The position numbers were made by a program, and so were the translations under genes. This document shows positions 37,549 to 50,643 of a stretch of DNA of 64,000 nucleotides, in pieces. This stretch comes from Lama guanicoe (lineage: Eukaryota), in the NCBI GenBank assembly GCA_013239625.1, contig MU056050.1, positions 6,773,838 through 6,837,837 on the forward strand. Direction: 5' to 3'. Each line of letters opens with the position of its first letter. The first letter of the stretch is position 1. The notes under the pieces are model-generated. The model worked only from the letters and a program-made list of their open reading frames with translations. It searched no databases and was not told the origin of the DNA.

Positions 37549-40500
37549 CGGCCCAGAGAGGATTCACTCAAGGCTACATGCAAGTTGACAGAGCAGCTTA
37601 AGCCAGACTCCAGGTCTTCTGTTTTCTGACTCTGAAGCTTCTTCCCCCCATCAGTGCTCCCCATAACCCCCAGCAATGATAACTGCTGAGGTTCGGAGAG
37701 TGCGCGAGGCTGGGCCAGCTCCCTGCATGGGGGTTGGCAGCTAGACCCAGAGCAACAGGGTAGGAGTAGAAAATGCTCCAGAGCAAGGGCTTTAACTTAG
37801 GCCTCCAGGAGCGTGGCCAAGTCCCTGCCCCTCTCTGCGTCCCAGCGTCCCCATCTGTTAAATGAAGTGGGTGAGTTTGGTGGTCCTTTGCAAAAGGTTT
37901 CACCAGCTCTGACCCTTTGAGGTCCTAACGAGAAAGCACTGGAGGATGGAAGAGAATGGTGTGTCAGATATATGGTTCTTCCTAGAGTCTACGGGAGGCC
38001 TTGGACACAATTTGGTGTTCCAATTGATGCTCCTCATGGATGGTGATGACCAGGACTGGCCCGTGAGAATCAGACGCCCTCAAATGGTTCCACTGCTGAA
38101 TTTCTCCATGGTGGGTAGCTTGGTCCTGATTTTGTGCTACCCCACAACCTCCCTGTCCCCTGCAGTGCTAGGTGGTAGAATATAGAGACCCATGATAGAG
38201 ACCCACTGATCACGTCCTTGGGAGATGTCAGGAACCAGGTTCTTGGCCTGGCGCCCAGGCAGCCCCACCTTATGCTGAGCTTGCCTCCATGGTGGAGGGA
38301 GTGATTGCTGACGGCCACCAGTCTAGTCCCCGCTGGACAGGATGTTTCCACATCAAGCCCCACTTCCTGCAGCTAGGCTTGGGCTCCGGTTTCCCCCTTC
38401 TCCTGCCATCTGGTCGCCTGCCCTCTGCCCCCCTCCCCTTGCTGGGTGTTTACAGGCTGCCTTATCAGCCTGGGGAATCTGGGCCTCACCCAGCCGGCTG
38501 CCCCGCCCAACACAGACAGCCTGCCCAGGGCCCTACCTGCTGTGGTTTCGTCACTACAGACAGCCACCCCTACACCCCTGGCAGGCTAGTGGGGGCGGGC
38601 GGTGGTGTGGATGAAGGCTTGCTGCCTGCTGGAGGGGGACCTGAATATTCATAGCGCATTGTCGACCTTGTTCAAGCTGGGGTAGGGCATGTGTTCTTTC
38701 TACATTTCACCTTCTCTGTCTGTAGGCTGTGGGGACAGAAATGAGGCCGTTGGGCTGCTGAGGGGGCTAACTGGCCTGGAGAGCCTCGATGGCTCCTCTC
38801 TTCACAGCCACCAAGAGATGAGCAGTGGCAGCACTAGGCTAGAAGGCTCTGAGAATATAGGCAGGTTTGTTTGTTTGTTTAAACTGCAGAGTACTAGAAA
38901 CACTCCTAGCTAAAGGTGGGGCAGAATGAGGGGCTGCAGACTGAGCATGGTGGAGGCAGGAAGGCTGGGGGATCTGGAAGCAGAGCCTCGGCCAACCCAT
39001 GCCCAGATTCAGAACCTCGTGGTTTCCACACTGCCTCCATCTCATCCTGGGATCTGCTCGCCCACCCAAAAGCTGGGATGGGGCCAGAGGTAACCACCGA
39101 GCAAGCCCGATGACTTCCCCTCACAATACAACAGCTTAGATTTCTCCGTTGAATGAGTCTGAATCAAGGAGGGGGACAGGGATGGGGACAGCGGGCAAGT
39201 GAACATGCAGGAGGGGATGGATTTCCTTTCTGGCACTTTGGGCTAAAACCTGAAAGTTCACGTTCTGACCTGTGCCTAGGCAGGTCCCACGGGGACACGG
39301 CCTGCTCGCTAAAGCTGCCCAAGCCCCAGAGCAGAAATCAAAGCCATAGTCCAAACCCGGCTCTTCTTCCAGGGGCTTCCATTTTGGTCACTGAGAAATC
39401 AATTAAAATATGTTGAGGATGTGGATTGTAGCATTCACACTTAAGATAAAAATGCCACACTTTAGAGAAATTTTATGAGACAGTGTTTTTCTAGGCCTCT
39501 AAAATACAATTCAATAGTTGGGGGTGCTTGGGTGGGAAAGTTCGGAAAAACTCTGCTCAGGCAATTTTGCCATGAATGGGCTATGTAACCACAGGCATGC
39601 CATATCACATGGTTCTCACAGCCTCGGGCCTCCCCCACCCCCCTTCCACCATAAATTTCATGCTACCCAGAGCTTCTCACAAGCTTACTGACCCCAGTAG
39701 CGGTCAGGGCTCCACAGGCCATCCCATCTCCCCAGGAACAATTTCCCCACCACTCAGAAAAATCATAAACCATTTAGTGTTAATGGGTTAATGGGTGATA
39801 TTGGGTTAATGTATCACCTCTCCCCTTAACACATTTTCATTTTAAAAGGCCATCTGGAGCTACCCTGCTTTAACCTAAAGAGTAGCTCCGGGGCAATAGG
39901 GGGGCGGATCAGTGGGCAGGTGAGCCAGGGGGCGTTTCTCGCTGATTCTGCCTCCCATCACACCATTAGCCCTGGAGCAACCTGGCCTTCACCATCTGCG
40001 CCCCAGGCCTGTGGTTTCTGTTGGGAAGCTGCACAGAGGGGATGTGAAAGTCTTTGAAAGGCTAAGCAGGCCTGGTGCAGCAGAAAGCCCACTTGACTGG
40101 GCATGAGGAAGAGTAAGTTCCAGTCATGGCCCTGCCTCTGCCTAGCTCCTCCCCCAGCCTCTGAGCTGGCGCCAATTCCTACTCCAGGGCACACATTTAG
40201 ATCTATGGCTGTGGCCACACCGGCCGTACTCGGCAGGGCTTTACAGTCCAAACTCATCTGCTTGGTTTCCAAAGGTCTTTCACAGTCTGACCCCACCCTA
40301 CCTACTCAGCCTTGTTTCCCATGATTTCCCAACTCAAGCCTGGGCTTCAAGCCCAGTGGTCTCCTCATGGTCCCCTGAGGGAACATTCCAGGCTCATTCA
40401 CGGAGTTTCTCAGGCCTGCCAGGCCCCTGCTGCTCTGTTTTGGTTAATCCAATAGTGCCCATCCAGCAAAGTCCTAACTAAGTTCCCCAAACCCACAGAG

Positions 40501-41456
40501 CTGGTTGTGCCCTGATAACTAGAGTCCACACCCAAGGAGCCCCCTTCGCTAAACTCCCATAGCCCTTAAATTCGACCACAAGACCTCTTAATCCCACACA
40601 ATCTTGAATTGCTCTTTAATTATTTCATGTGTATATCTTGTTTCCCCAACAGGTGGTAAAATCCATGGGATTGAGTCCTATTTCATCTTCTCCTGAATCT
40701 AACTCAGGTCTGGGCATTCATGGACTAAGTCCATGCAAATTCTCAGCTCCACTGAGCTCTCAGGAAAAGAGACCCTCGAGTCCTGACAGATCTGAGGGCT
40801 ACAGTCTAGGGTGAGGATAAGTATAGAATTGGAGGCAAAGGTCCCCAGGCTCAAACATTACTTGTCTTCTCTTGCTCCAGTCTTCTACTAAGGGAAAACA
40901 CGTACCAGCTAGAGTCATTTATCCCACACAGCATCAAGAAGGTGGTTGATGATCAATCAGGTCATCCTCAAAGCATTCTCTCTTTGTACAAAACCACAGT
41001 GTTTCCACCCTGTGAATATTGGGTGCTGGTCTTATCTGGATCCTTGGGAAAGACTTCATGATACTGGATCAGTTCTAAGAGCTACAATGATTCAAGAGAA
41101 TGAGGTGTGAGGATAACTTCTTTTTGAAGAGGCCTTTTGTTGTCTAGACAGACAAGGTTGAAAAGGGATATGACTGGCATCTAGAAAATGATGTATGGAG
41201 CAGATAGATAATCATGGACCCTTGCACCAAAAATGGGTTATAAATGAAGGGCAAATAATAAATAGTCCTATTCTGCAAATGCATAGTAGGATTAAGGAAC
41301 TCTTTAGCTGAAGAATATCAGTGAAAAGATTGAGCATCTTCTAAAATGACAGTAACATCAGGGTCATCCATGATTATAAAATAAGATCACAAACCAAACA
41401 TATTTGTTATAACAGTTAATGTAAACAGAATAAGTTCAAATATTAAAAGAAGATGC

Positions 41457-41612
41457 TATTATAAATAAGCTACAAGGATATATTGCACAGGGAGTATATC
41501 TAGTATTTTATCATAACTATACATGGAGTATAGCCTTTAAAAATTATGAATCGCTATGTTGTACACCTGAAACTTATATAATATTTAAATCAACTATACC
41601 TCAATTTAAAAA
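41457..41612 (+). mobile_element. Younger L1 3' end (artiodactyl-type)
   Basis: aaggatatattgcacaggga...gttgtacacctgaaacttatataatatttaaatcaactatacctcaatttaaaa. Confidence 0.7.
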
Positions 41613-42326
41613 TGATATTGACAATCTAATTCTAAAATTCATATGGAATTGCAAATGACTTAAAATAGGCAAAAATAATTTTGATAAAGAACAAAGTTGG
41701 ACAGCTAAGACCATCTGATTTCAAAAATGATTATAAAGCTACAGTAATCAGAACAATCGGTATTGGCATGAAGATAAACAAACAGACCAACCACTGGAAC
41801 AGAATACAGAGTTCAGATATAAGCCCACATATATAAGGACAACTGCAATGGAGTAATGATAGCTTTTTTCAACAAATGGTGCTGGAATAATTGGCTATCC
41901 ATATGTAAAAAGAAAAAAAAGAATTTGGATTTGTATCACTCACTATAGAGAAAAATTAACTCAAAATGGATCAAAGACCAAAATGTAAAACCTAAAACTA
42001 TAAAACTTCTAAAAGAAAACATAAGACAAAATATTTGTGACCTAGGGCTAGGAGAAGAGTTCTTAGATACAACACCAAAAGCATGATCCATAAAAGTAAA
42101 AACTGATTGGTTGGACTTCATAAAAATTAAAAACTTCTGCTCTTTAAAAGACACAGTGCAGAAAAAAAGACACAGTGAAGAGAATGAAAAGACAAGGCAG
42201 AAAATTTTGGAGAAAAATCTTTGCAAAGCATGTACCTGATAAAGGTCTTGTATGTAGAATGTTTAAAGAACTCTCAAAACTCAACTACAAGAAAACAAAC
42301 AGGTCATTTAAAAATGGGCAAAGGCA

Positions 42327-42361
42327 GCCCAGCTAGCTCAGTTGGTAGAGCATGAGACTCA
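42327..42361 (+). pseudogene. 5'-half tRNA-Lys(CTT) tailless retropseudogene
   Basis: GCCCAGCTAGCTCAGTTGGTAGAGCATGAGACTC matches the recalled tRNA-Lys-CTT 5' half with two CpG-type transitions; TSD taaaaatgggcaaa at 42309-42322 and 42362-42375. Confidence 0.85.
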
Positions 42362-43005
42362 TAAAAATGGGCAAAAGATTTGAACAGATACCTCACCACA
42401 GTAAATATATGGGTGACAAGTAATTACATGAACAGATGCTCAGCATCATCAGTCATTAGGGAAATACAAATTAAAACCACAATGAGATACCACTGCACAC
42501 CTATTAGAATGGCTAAAATTAAAAAGACTGCCCACACCAAGTGCTGGGCCAAGATGGGAAGCAACTGGAACTCTAATACACACAGCTGGTGGGACTGTAA
42601 AATGGCACAACCACTTTGGAAAACAGTTTGATGGTTTCTTTAAAAGTTGACCCTACAACAACTATATGATCCAACCATTCCACTTCTAGATCTTTAACTG
42701 AGAGGAAAAGACATACATAGCCATAATGATTTGTACCAAGATGTTCACGGCAGCTTTGTTTGTAATAGCCAAAAATTGGGGAAAACCCCCAAAACAATCA
42801 CCAAATGTCCATCAGCGGATGAATAGATCAACAATGTATGTTATACCCATACCATGGAATTCTACTTAGCAAAAAGAAGGAATGAAATACTGATGTAGGT
42901 AACAACATGGATGGTTCTTAAGTATGCTGAATGAAAGAAGTCATACAAAAAGAGAGTACATACTATATGATTCCATTTATACAAAACTCTAGAAAATGCA
43001 AACTA

Positions 43006-43761
43006 TTACAATGAGTAGTAAATAAGCCCTAGAACTCAAATGCACAGTACAGCAAATGTAGACAATATTATAATCATCAAACTTGCTGAGACCAGAACTT
43101 AATTATTCTAATCATTAAAAAGAAAGGATAATTATGCAGTATGATAGAGCTGCTAATTATCACTACAATGGCAATCATATTATAATATATAAACATATCA
43201 AATTACCATATTGTGTAGCTTAACTTTACAGAATGTTACATGTCAAATAGATGGTCCCTGACTTCATGGTGGTTCAACTTAGGATTTTTTTCCTTTACCA
43301 TGGTGTGAAAGTGATAAACATTCAGTAGAAACCATACTTCAAAATTTGAATTTTGATCTTTTCCGAGGCTAGCGCTATGTGGTCCGATACTCTCTCTAGT
43401 GATGTTGGGAACTGGCAGCCACCACAGCTCCCAGGCAGCCACACAATCACAAACAACTGATAGACTTACAACCATCTGTACCCACACAACCATTCTGTTT
43501 TTCACTTTCAATACAGTATTCAATAAGTTACATAGGATAGTCAATGCTTTGTTATAAAATGGCTTTTTGTCAGCTGATTTTCCCAACTGTAGGCTAATAT
43601 AAGTGTTCTGAGCACAATCAACGTAGGCTAGGCTAAGCTATGGTTCTCGACAGGTTAGGTGTTTTAAATGCATTTTCAACTGAACAATAGTTTCAGCTTA
43701 CAATGGGTTTATCAGAACGTAACCTCATCGTAAGTCAAGGAAGATCTATATATTTCAATTA
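43006..43761 (+). mobile_element. L1 3' end (L1MA-type) inserted in the older L1 and itself interrupted by a Tigger element
   Basis: L1 3' text resumes after the Tigger (…atgtcaaata|tatttcaattaaaaa); TSD aaaatgca(a/t)acta at 42993-43005 and 43762-43774. Confidence 0.7.
43248..43748 (-). mobile_element. Tc1/mariner-Tigger element, MER47/Tigger5-like
   Basis: Imperfect TIRs agatggtccctgactt / aagtcaaggaagatct in a TA context; internal sequence resembles the recalled MER47 consensus. Confidence 0.8.
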
Positions 43762-43871
43762 AAAATGCATACTAATCGAGAGTCACAGAAAGCAGGTAAG
43801 TGGTTGCTCAGGATGAGATGGAGAGATTGCAAAGGGGCACAAGGAAACTTTCGGGGGTGACAGTTTCACGA

Positions 43872-43875
<4 letters not shown>

Positions 43876-43908
<33 letters not shown>
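43876..43908. repeat. (TA)n microsatellite
   Basis: Read directly. Confidence 0.95.
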
Positions 43909-43912
<4 letters not shown>

Positions 43913-45649
43913 AAATATTATCAAGTCACATATTTTAAATATGTGCAGCATATTGTATGTCAATTTTGCCTCAATAAAACAGTTAAATAAATAAAGAGAA
44001 AGAAAAAGTTCCACAGACTGCATGAAATAACAACAGCAGCATTTACTATGTGATTTTACTAAGTAATATTACAGTGTAATTTAACTAGGCAATAATGTCA
44101 CTGACAGCAGTGAAGACGAAAGAAGCAAGAACACCCATGCTCTCCTGGAAAACACATTCCTTGGTGCCACCAGTGGAGATGAATTCTGACCCTTGGAACT
44201 TACTGAGTGTGCTGATTCGAATGCCTTTGTGTTGTTTTACCTTTTGTCCACTCCCATGCCAACGTGATATCCCATCGAGCCCAGAATGCCCCTATAGCAC
44301 AGCCAACGCTCTCTTTCCTCTTTTGAAAGGCCATCTGCCCTCTCACCTGCTGAAAGCCTTCCCCAATTAAGGTGAGGAGGGAGAAGAATAATCTTCCTCT
44401 AGGTAAGCCCTAGACCCTACCATCACCCAAACCATAACTTAAGTGCCACAGGCTGGTTGGCACTTCAGCTCCTGCCCACCATGGGGCTAGATGCATGTGT
44501 ATTACTAGAACTCTAGAACTGGGTTTAGAGCCTTCAGAGCAGGTGGCTGGGCCTGCTATGGGTTTTGGGTTTTGGGTTTTGTTTTTGTTATTGTTGTTTT
44601 GTTTTTTTAGGATCAGGGTGGCGCCAAGAAAGTGGTCACCGAATGAGACAGGTGCTTTTTATGCAGGGATTCTCATAAAATCAGCAGAGCTAAACTAGCC
44701 TCTCTTATCCTCTAGGGGCATTATGGGAAAAAGATTATCTCCTAAATCTATGTCTTAAGTACCAGCTTGTTATCAGGTCATCAAGAATTTGGGGAGGTTA
44801 AGACTAATTGCCCATTCTCCCATCCCCCAAGGTCTAGGGGCGGGGACCAAGGGACTGAGTGAAGTGGCTCAGGGGTGGTCCCAGGGTGGACCCGTTTATC
44901 TTGGGCCTCCTGCCCCTGTGGGTGGCCATAGGCTCCTCAAGCAAACATAATGCATTTGCTAGCAGATGGAACCTCCAAGGTTCTTTCTGGGAGGCCTTTG
45001 GAATGGGAATGGCCCCCAGGCCACAGGAACTCTTCTGGGCAAAGGCAGAGCCCCAGCCTCAACCCAAGGCCTCTGGGCATTGGCCCAGAATGGACCCAGC
45101 ATCATCTGTTCTAGCAAAACGTGGGAGAAAGTGAGCAGCGGTTGGCCAGTCAGCTCCCAGAATTCTACACTCAGTAGGGTAATAAACACACTGATGATTG
45201 CTAAATACTTGCCAGGGGTGTAACACGAGGCCTTCTCTCCAAGGAACTAACTCACTCTTTCTTATTCGTACAGTGAAGGAACCTCAAGATGAAAGTGGTG
45301 AAAAGATAAAGAGGGCAATGTTAATAAAAATGTTAAAAGACTTGATTTTTGCTCTTCACTATGGTACTGACTGCCATTCAGAAAGACGTTACTATCCACA
45401 CGAACATAAACACACACACACACACCCCTTCCACATCCCCTCCTTATCCTGTGTGACGGCAGAGTTAACAAAAAGTTATCAGAAAGGAAAGATCTGGGAA
45501 GTCTCCTTCTTGGTTTTATGAATGGGCATGGCGTGCCCTCCCAGCACTGCCAGAGAAGCAGTTGGTCCCTGGAGACTGGCAAAGTCAAGGGTGTGGGAAG
45601 AGGAAACGATAACAACAACAAGGATGACAGTAATAGCCACAGAATACTA

Positions 45650-45840
45650 CCGGCTGACACTTAGCGGGTGGTTACCATGTGCCAGGCACCATGCTGTTTG
45701 CTTTACAGGCATTATCTCATGTAATCCATACTCCAACCTGGGGAGGTGGGCACTGAGGCTCAGAGTGGTTACGTGAGTAGCCCAGAGTCACACAGCCAGG
45801 AAGTGCTAGGTCTGAGATATGAACGCAGAGAGCCTGTGCT
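45650..45840 (-). mobile_element. MIR
   Basis: catgtgccaggcacc...ctgaggctcagag...cccagagtcacacagccaggaagt. Confidence 0.7.
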
Positions 45841-48109
45841 CTTCCCCCTCTGACAATATGCTTCTCTTCTCAGGAAGAATACTGGGTTAGCCTGGAAGAG
45901 GAAAGGTAGGTGACATGAGAAGGGGTAAGTGCCAGCCCTGGGACAAGAAAATGGTCCATCAAGAAGGTGTGAACTTAGGGCAAAACTTTCTCAATCTGAG
46001 CAAGCTGTTTAATCTCTTGCTTCTTGTTGGTCTGGCTAAGAAATGTTCTGGCACTTTCCCTGGCAGACCCTCCTGCATGAACTGGCCCCTCCTCCCCTGC
46101 GTGACCCTCCATATCACCCTGGGAGCAGGCAGGGGTCTCTTTGCCAGTAAACTCACTTTAGGACGCAATTTCCCAGCCAAGAAGTCAGGGCACTCCGGTG
46201 TGTCCCTGCAGTTTTGAAACGTGCTGGGGAGGGAGCAGGGCAAGAGGGCAGTGAGAGAGGAAAACATGCATGGGGGATATGTGCGTGTCCAGGTGTTTTT
46301 ATCCAATTAAATCCTACAAGGGCAGGTCCCCCTCTATGGCCAGCCACAGGAGATGCAAAAAGTCGCAGAACAAATGTATGGCTAGTCCTTGTCCTTGCCC
46401 AGGGGGGTCTGAACAGAAACGTGTGGGACTTTCTAGACTCTTCAGTTCCCAGCTGGTTTTGAAAATGAAAATTTCCATCCTCCACCTGAACCTCTTGTGG
46501 AAAAGAGTCAGAGAAATCCCTGGACCCTGGGGAAAGATGGGACCCAACAAGCCCACGCCTGCCATCAACATCTGTGGTGGGGCAGTTTTCCGGTCCCTTT
46601 ACTCCCTCTGCCTCTCTTCTCTCCTCTCTCCCCTCCAGGGCCTGGGGTCGGGGGAGGTGGCGGGGGAGTTCAAAATGAAATTCCCTCCACATGGGAGGCG
46701 AGGAGCCTGGCCACCCTTTGTGTCTTATCAATCCGCACGTCGGGCTCCCCGTCTGGGCCATCCACTTTGTATCTCCCAGAGTGGAGATCGGGGCTTGCCC
46801 TGAGCCACCCACACTGGCTGACCTGGTCTTTTATGTGACATGCATTTGCCACACAATTATCGAGGCTTCGAAGGTCAGTCTGTGGCCAGGGAAGAGAGAG
46901 AAAGGCATCTTTTCTCCCCTTTCTGCTGAGCCCAATCTCCCCCGCGCCGCCCCCTTCAAGGTCTAGCTCAGAGCCTCGGCCCTCACAAAGCCTTCCCTCC
47001 CTCCTCCAGCTGCTGCTGACCTCAGAGCCCCGGCCCCTGCTCCAAGGAGCACAATTAGCACCTAACCAGCTGCTGGCCTGGCTGTTTGTCCTCGCTTCTG
47101 ATTGTTTCAGTGTCTTAGTGATCTCTCCTCACCCCACCACCCCCCCTCGCTGGTCTCCCCTACAGAGCCTAGCACAGGTTGGGCACACAGTAGGTGTTAA
47201 TAAATGTCTGTTGAATTGAAACTCGGCGGCTCCTGTGAGGTCAGAACCCTCATAAGCACCTCGACCAGCAGTTCCTTGGCAACCAGCGCTGGGGTCCGAG
47301 CTATAGGGCTTTAGCTGCATGGCCGCTATTACAGGCCATGCAAGACTCAGCGGCCAGAGATTTGCAGGCAGGTTGGTGTTGATGAGAAAAGCCCCTGACC
47401 CCTAGGAAAGCGCCCATGGGATTCTGGGTACCTGGATGAGTTTCCTTTCTCCCCTGCAGAACTAGTTTTCAGTCTGAGAACCGCAAAGAGAATAAATTGG
47501 CAGTGAAGCCAGAAACCTCTTCACAGCTTAGAAATCCTGGAGAGATAACCAAGCCCAGGTTGGGGTCAGGCCCAAGCCTGAGGGGAGAAGGCTGCCCAAG
47601 GACCTCTGGGAGGTACAGGGGCCCTGCCACTTCAGGGGGGCTAGAGGGGCGTCAAGGATGGCCCTAAGTAATGCCATCCTGCCCTGGACCTCAACAAATC
47701 ACACCACTGCATGCTTGCCACCTGCAGCCCACATGGGAACCTGGTCTCCCCGTCCCTCTCATTCACCCAAATCCCAAGGCAGGCCTCTGTCCAGGGCCAG
47801 TGTCCTAACCAGAGCCCAGCCAGGGTCTCTACACAAGCAGAAGCCTCCAAGTGTGGGGTACCTGGCTCCCCGCACTGGCTTTGAATTATGGTTATTTATA
47901 TGGATGACCTAGCCACCCTCTCTGGCCCCCTCCCACATCCCCTGCCCTGACCCACATCAAAAGGTACACACAATCCCAGAAGCTGAGCAGTGTCTTCTTC
48001 ATCTCTGTGTTTTCCTCACTGCCCCTTCCTGATGCCTGGTACTGGGACTGGTTCTCAGCAAATGTTTGCTGAGTTGAATCTGAGTTGCAGGCACTGTATT
48101 AGGCAATAT

Positions 48110-48310
48110 CATAAGGCTAGCTTGTGCTTACTATGTGCCACGTACTGCCCTAATAAAGAACTTATTTGCATTGATGTATTTGATCCTTAGCATAACATTA
48201 TGAGGTAGGTCTCATTTGACAGATGAGGAAACTGAGGCATACAACTGACTGGGTTCACAAAGCTAGTAAATAACAGAGCTGGGATTTAGACCTAGACAGT
48301 CTGGCTCTAG
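48110..48310 (-). mobile_element. MIR
   Basis: catttgacagatgaggaaactgaggca...cagagctgggatttagacctagacagtctggct. Confidence 0.75.
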
Positions 48311-49866
48311 GGATTGGAAGGGAAATGAAAAAGTTGAGGGGTGAGGGGTGGGGTTAGCAAGGACGAAGGCCAAGCTTCGGCACAGGGATTTCCCTGGGAA
48401 AGCAATCCCCTCAGCCTGCGTCTGGCTGGGCCTCTCAGGGAGGCACTAAATTTTGCAGGCTAGGGACATTTTGGACATCCTACCAATGGGGCCCATGAAT
48501 GACAGACCACAGCACCCTGACTTTTAGACCCAAGATAGGACAGAAGAGACAGAAGCCACTGTACCACCACTTAACACCAGGCAGGGGGAGGGTTGATTTC
48601 AGGCCTCCAGCTCGTCCAGGGGTGGGCGCCAGTTCCTGAGCAACCACCGAGCAAACAGTGCAGCAGTAGGAGGAATGCCAGACATAGTTGCAAACAAGCC
48701 ACTCCTTCGGCTCACAGCTAGAGGCTGGGTGAGGGTGGCAACGTGGAGCCTGCTCAACGCCCCCCCCCTCCGCCTAACGCCACACACATCCCAGGCTTTG
48801 AACCCAGCCCTAGAGACAACCACATGCAAGGCAGCCTCTTCCCCACACTGGCCCACTGGCCAGAATAAGAAGTCCTCCAGGATAGTCAAGTCCTTCACTT
48901 AACTCAAGATAGCTCCCCGTTAGGCTGTTACTGCTGTGGGGGCCACTGAATTAACGGTTGAGAAAGTGCCTTATAACCAGTAAGACCCTGTGTAACTAAA
49001 TTCGAGGAGGAATTTGCATTCTTGCTGGGCAAATGTGACCCCGGGCATTTTCAGTGCCTTAAGTGTCCTGTCTCCCCAAGGGGGAAAGCTAGATCTGATC
49101 CCTTCACCACCCCCTCCAACCTGGCACTGAGGCCAGGGGTCAGCTCGCAGGGGGTGAGTCCCTGATGGGCGTGCCCACCAGCTGTTGGGGCTGAGCAGCG
49201 GTGGCTCAGGCTCTGGGGTGGTGACCTCACTTCCGCTCCTACCTCCCCAGCACTCCTCCCATATGAGGCCCCACCAGGCCAAAATCGAGAAGTCCAAGGT
49301 TAACTGTTCCTCCTCACTTTAAGAGCTAATTAAAATGATTAGCCACAATGAATTGTCAAACATTAACCAGAAGAAGCTGCAGGACCAGACAGGCCTCTAT
49401 CTCGGGCAGAGGGATGAGGGGCAGGAAAAAAATGGCCATCAAATCCCGTAGCTGGGGTGTGGTGGGGGGTGGGGTGGGGGCGCCAGGGAGAACCTGGCTG
49501 AGGCATGGAGCCAAGGGGTCAAGAGGTGACTCTGGTCAGGAAGGTGGTGTCCTGGCGTATAGCCGTGAGGAAAGGGCGGCAGAGTTAGGGTACGATGGAG
49601 GGACCAGAAATTCATAAAGCCGCTGCCTCAGCAGTCTCCCAAAGCAAGGCGCTGTCGGCCGGGGACCTCGCGCTGTGCGGCTGCTCGGCCCCGGTGCCGG
49701 CAGCAAAGGAGGGAACAGAGAGGCGGGAGAACCCGGGAAAGCGGGAACGCGGGAGAACCCGGGAAAGCGGGAACGCGGGAGCGGGAAGGCTGGCGTCTGG
49801 CTCTCACGGAAACTCCGGCCCCTGCCAAGAGGTCTCTGTTTTGCCGATCCAATTATCTAAGTCATA

Positions 49867-49930
49867 GGTGTGTGTGTGTGTAGAAGAGAGAGAGAGAGAG
49901 AGATACAGAGAGACAGAGTGTGTGTGTATG
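49867..49930. repeat. Compound (GT)n/(AG)n microsatellite
   Basis: Read directly. Confidence 0.85.
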
Positions 49931-50345
49931 AGACCGTGTGTTACCCTAAGGCGCCTGGTCCCAGAAGCCCTAGAGGCCGCCAGCCAGATCAATCTAGCAG
50001 CCCCGCCACAGTGAGGCCCGACCTCCTGCCCTCGGGCACCGAGCTTTTGGGGGCCGTCTGTCACGATCCGCCTTGTCATGGACCCCGGGCGCCGGGGTGC
50101 GGGCAAACCAGCCCCCACCCTCACTCGGAAAATCGATTCCGCTTCTAACCCAGGATCAGGAGTCCCGGTTCCCTAACGCACACGCGGTGAGGCGAGGCAA
50201 GGGCGGGACGCAACACGCTGCGGCTCTCCCACCCTTCCCTGGGCCCCCAGCTCCTACGCCCCGGGGCCGCGGCGTCCCCGATCCCGCCCTCAGACAAACT
50301 TTTCCAGGTCCCCGAAGGCTCGGAGAACCGGCGCCATCGACGTAC

Positions 50346-50530
50346 CTGAGGCCGAGCGGGCTCGGTCGCCGGGCCGGGGTCGGTCGCCGTGGTCCCCTCC
50401 CCGCTCCGAGGGCCCAGACGCGGGTCCCCAGCCCGGCCAGCCCGCCTTCTCCCCTCGGAAGCCGGGCCGGGTGAGTGGCGCCGGGACCGCGGCGCCGGCG
50501 AAAGGAGAAGTGGAAGTTGAGCACGGCGCT
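50346..50530 (-). other. ELF4: Candidate ELF4 alternative non-coding first exon 1b (start approximate)
   Basis: Strong donor CAG|GTACGT after 50346 in the CpG island. Confidence 0.5.
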
Positions 50531-50643
50531 CGGTCGGTTCCCGCGGCCGCCGGGGCCACCGTCCCCCTCGCTCCCTCCCTCCCTCCCTCCCTCCTCTCTC
50601 CTCCCTGCCCGCCTGCCCCCGCGGCCCCGCGCCCGTGACTCAC

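Larger units (their letters stand above)
41615..43995 (+). mobile_element. Degraded L1 (ORF2 C-terminal remnant plus 3'UTR), host of nested insertions
   Basis: ORF 42380..42631 ([24 protein letters not shown]...[11 protein letters not shown]) is L1 ORF2 C-terminal-like; typical L1 text throughout. Confidence 0.9.

Noticed and set aside
42327..42361. Functional tRNA gene
   Set aside because: Only the 5' half is present; there is no T arm, B box or 3' acceptor strand.
41936..42797. ORFs of 74-96 aa as possible genes
   Set aside because: Sense and antisense translations of a decayed L1 ORF2.
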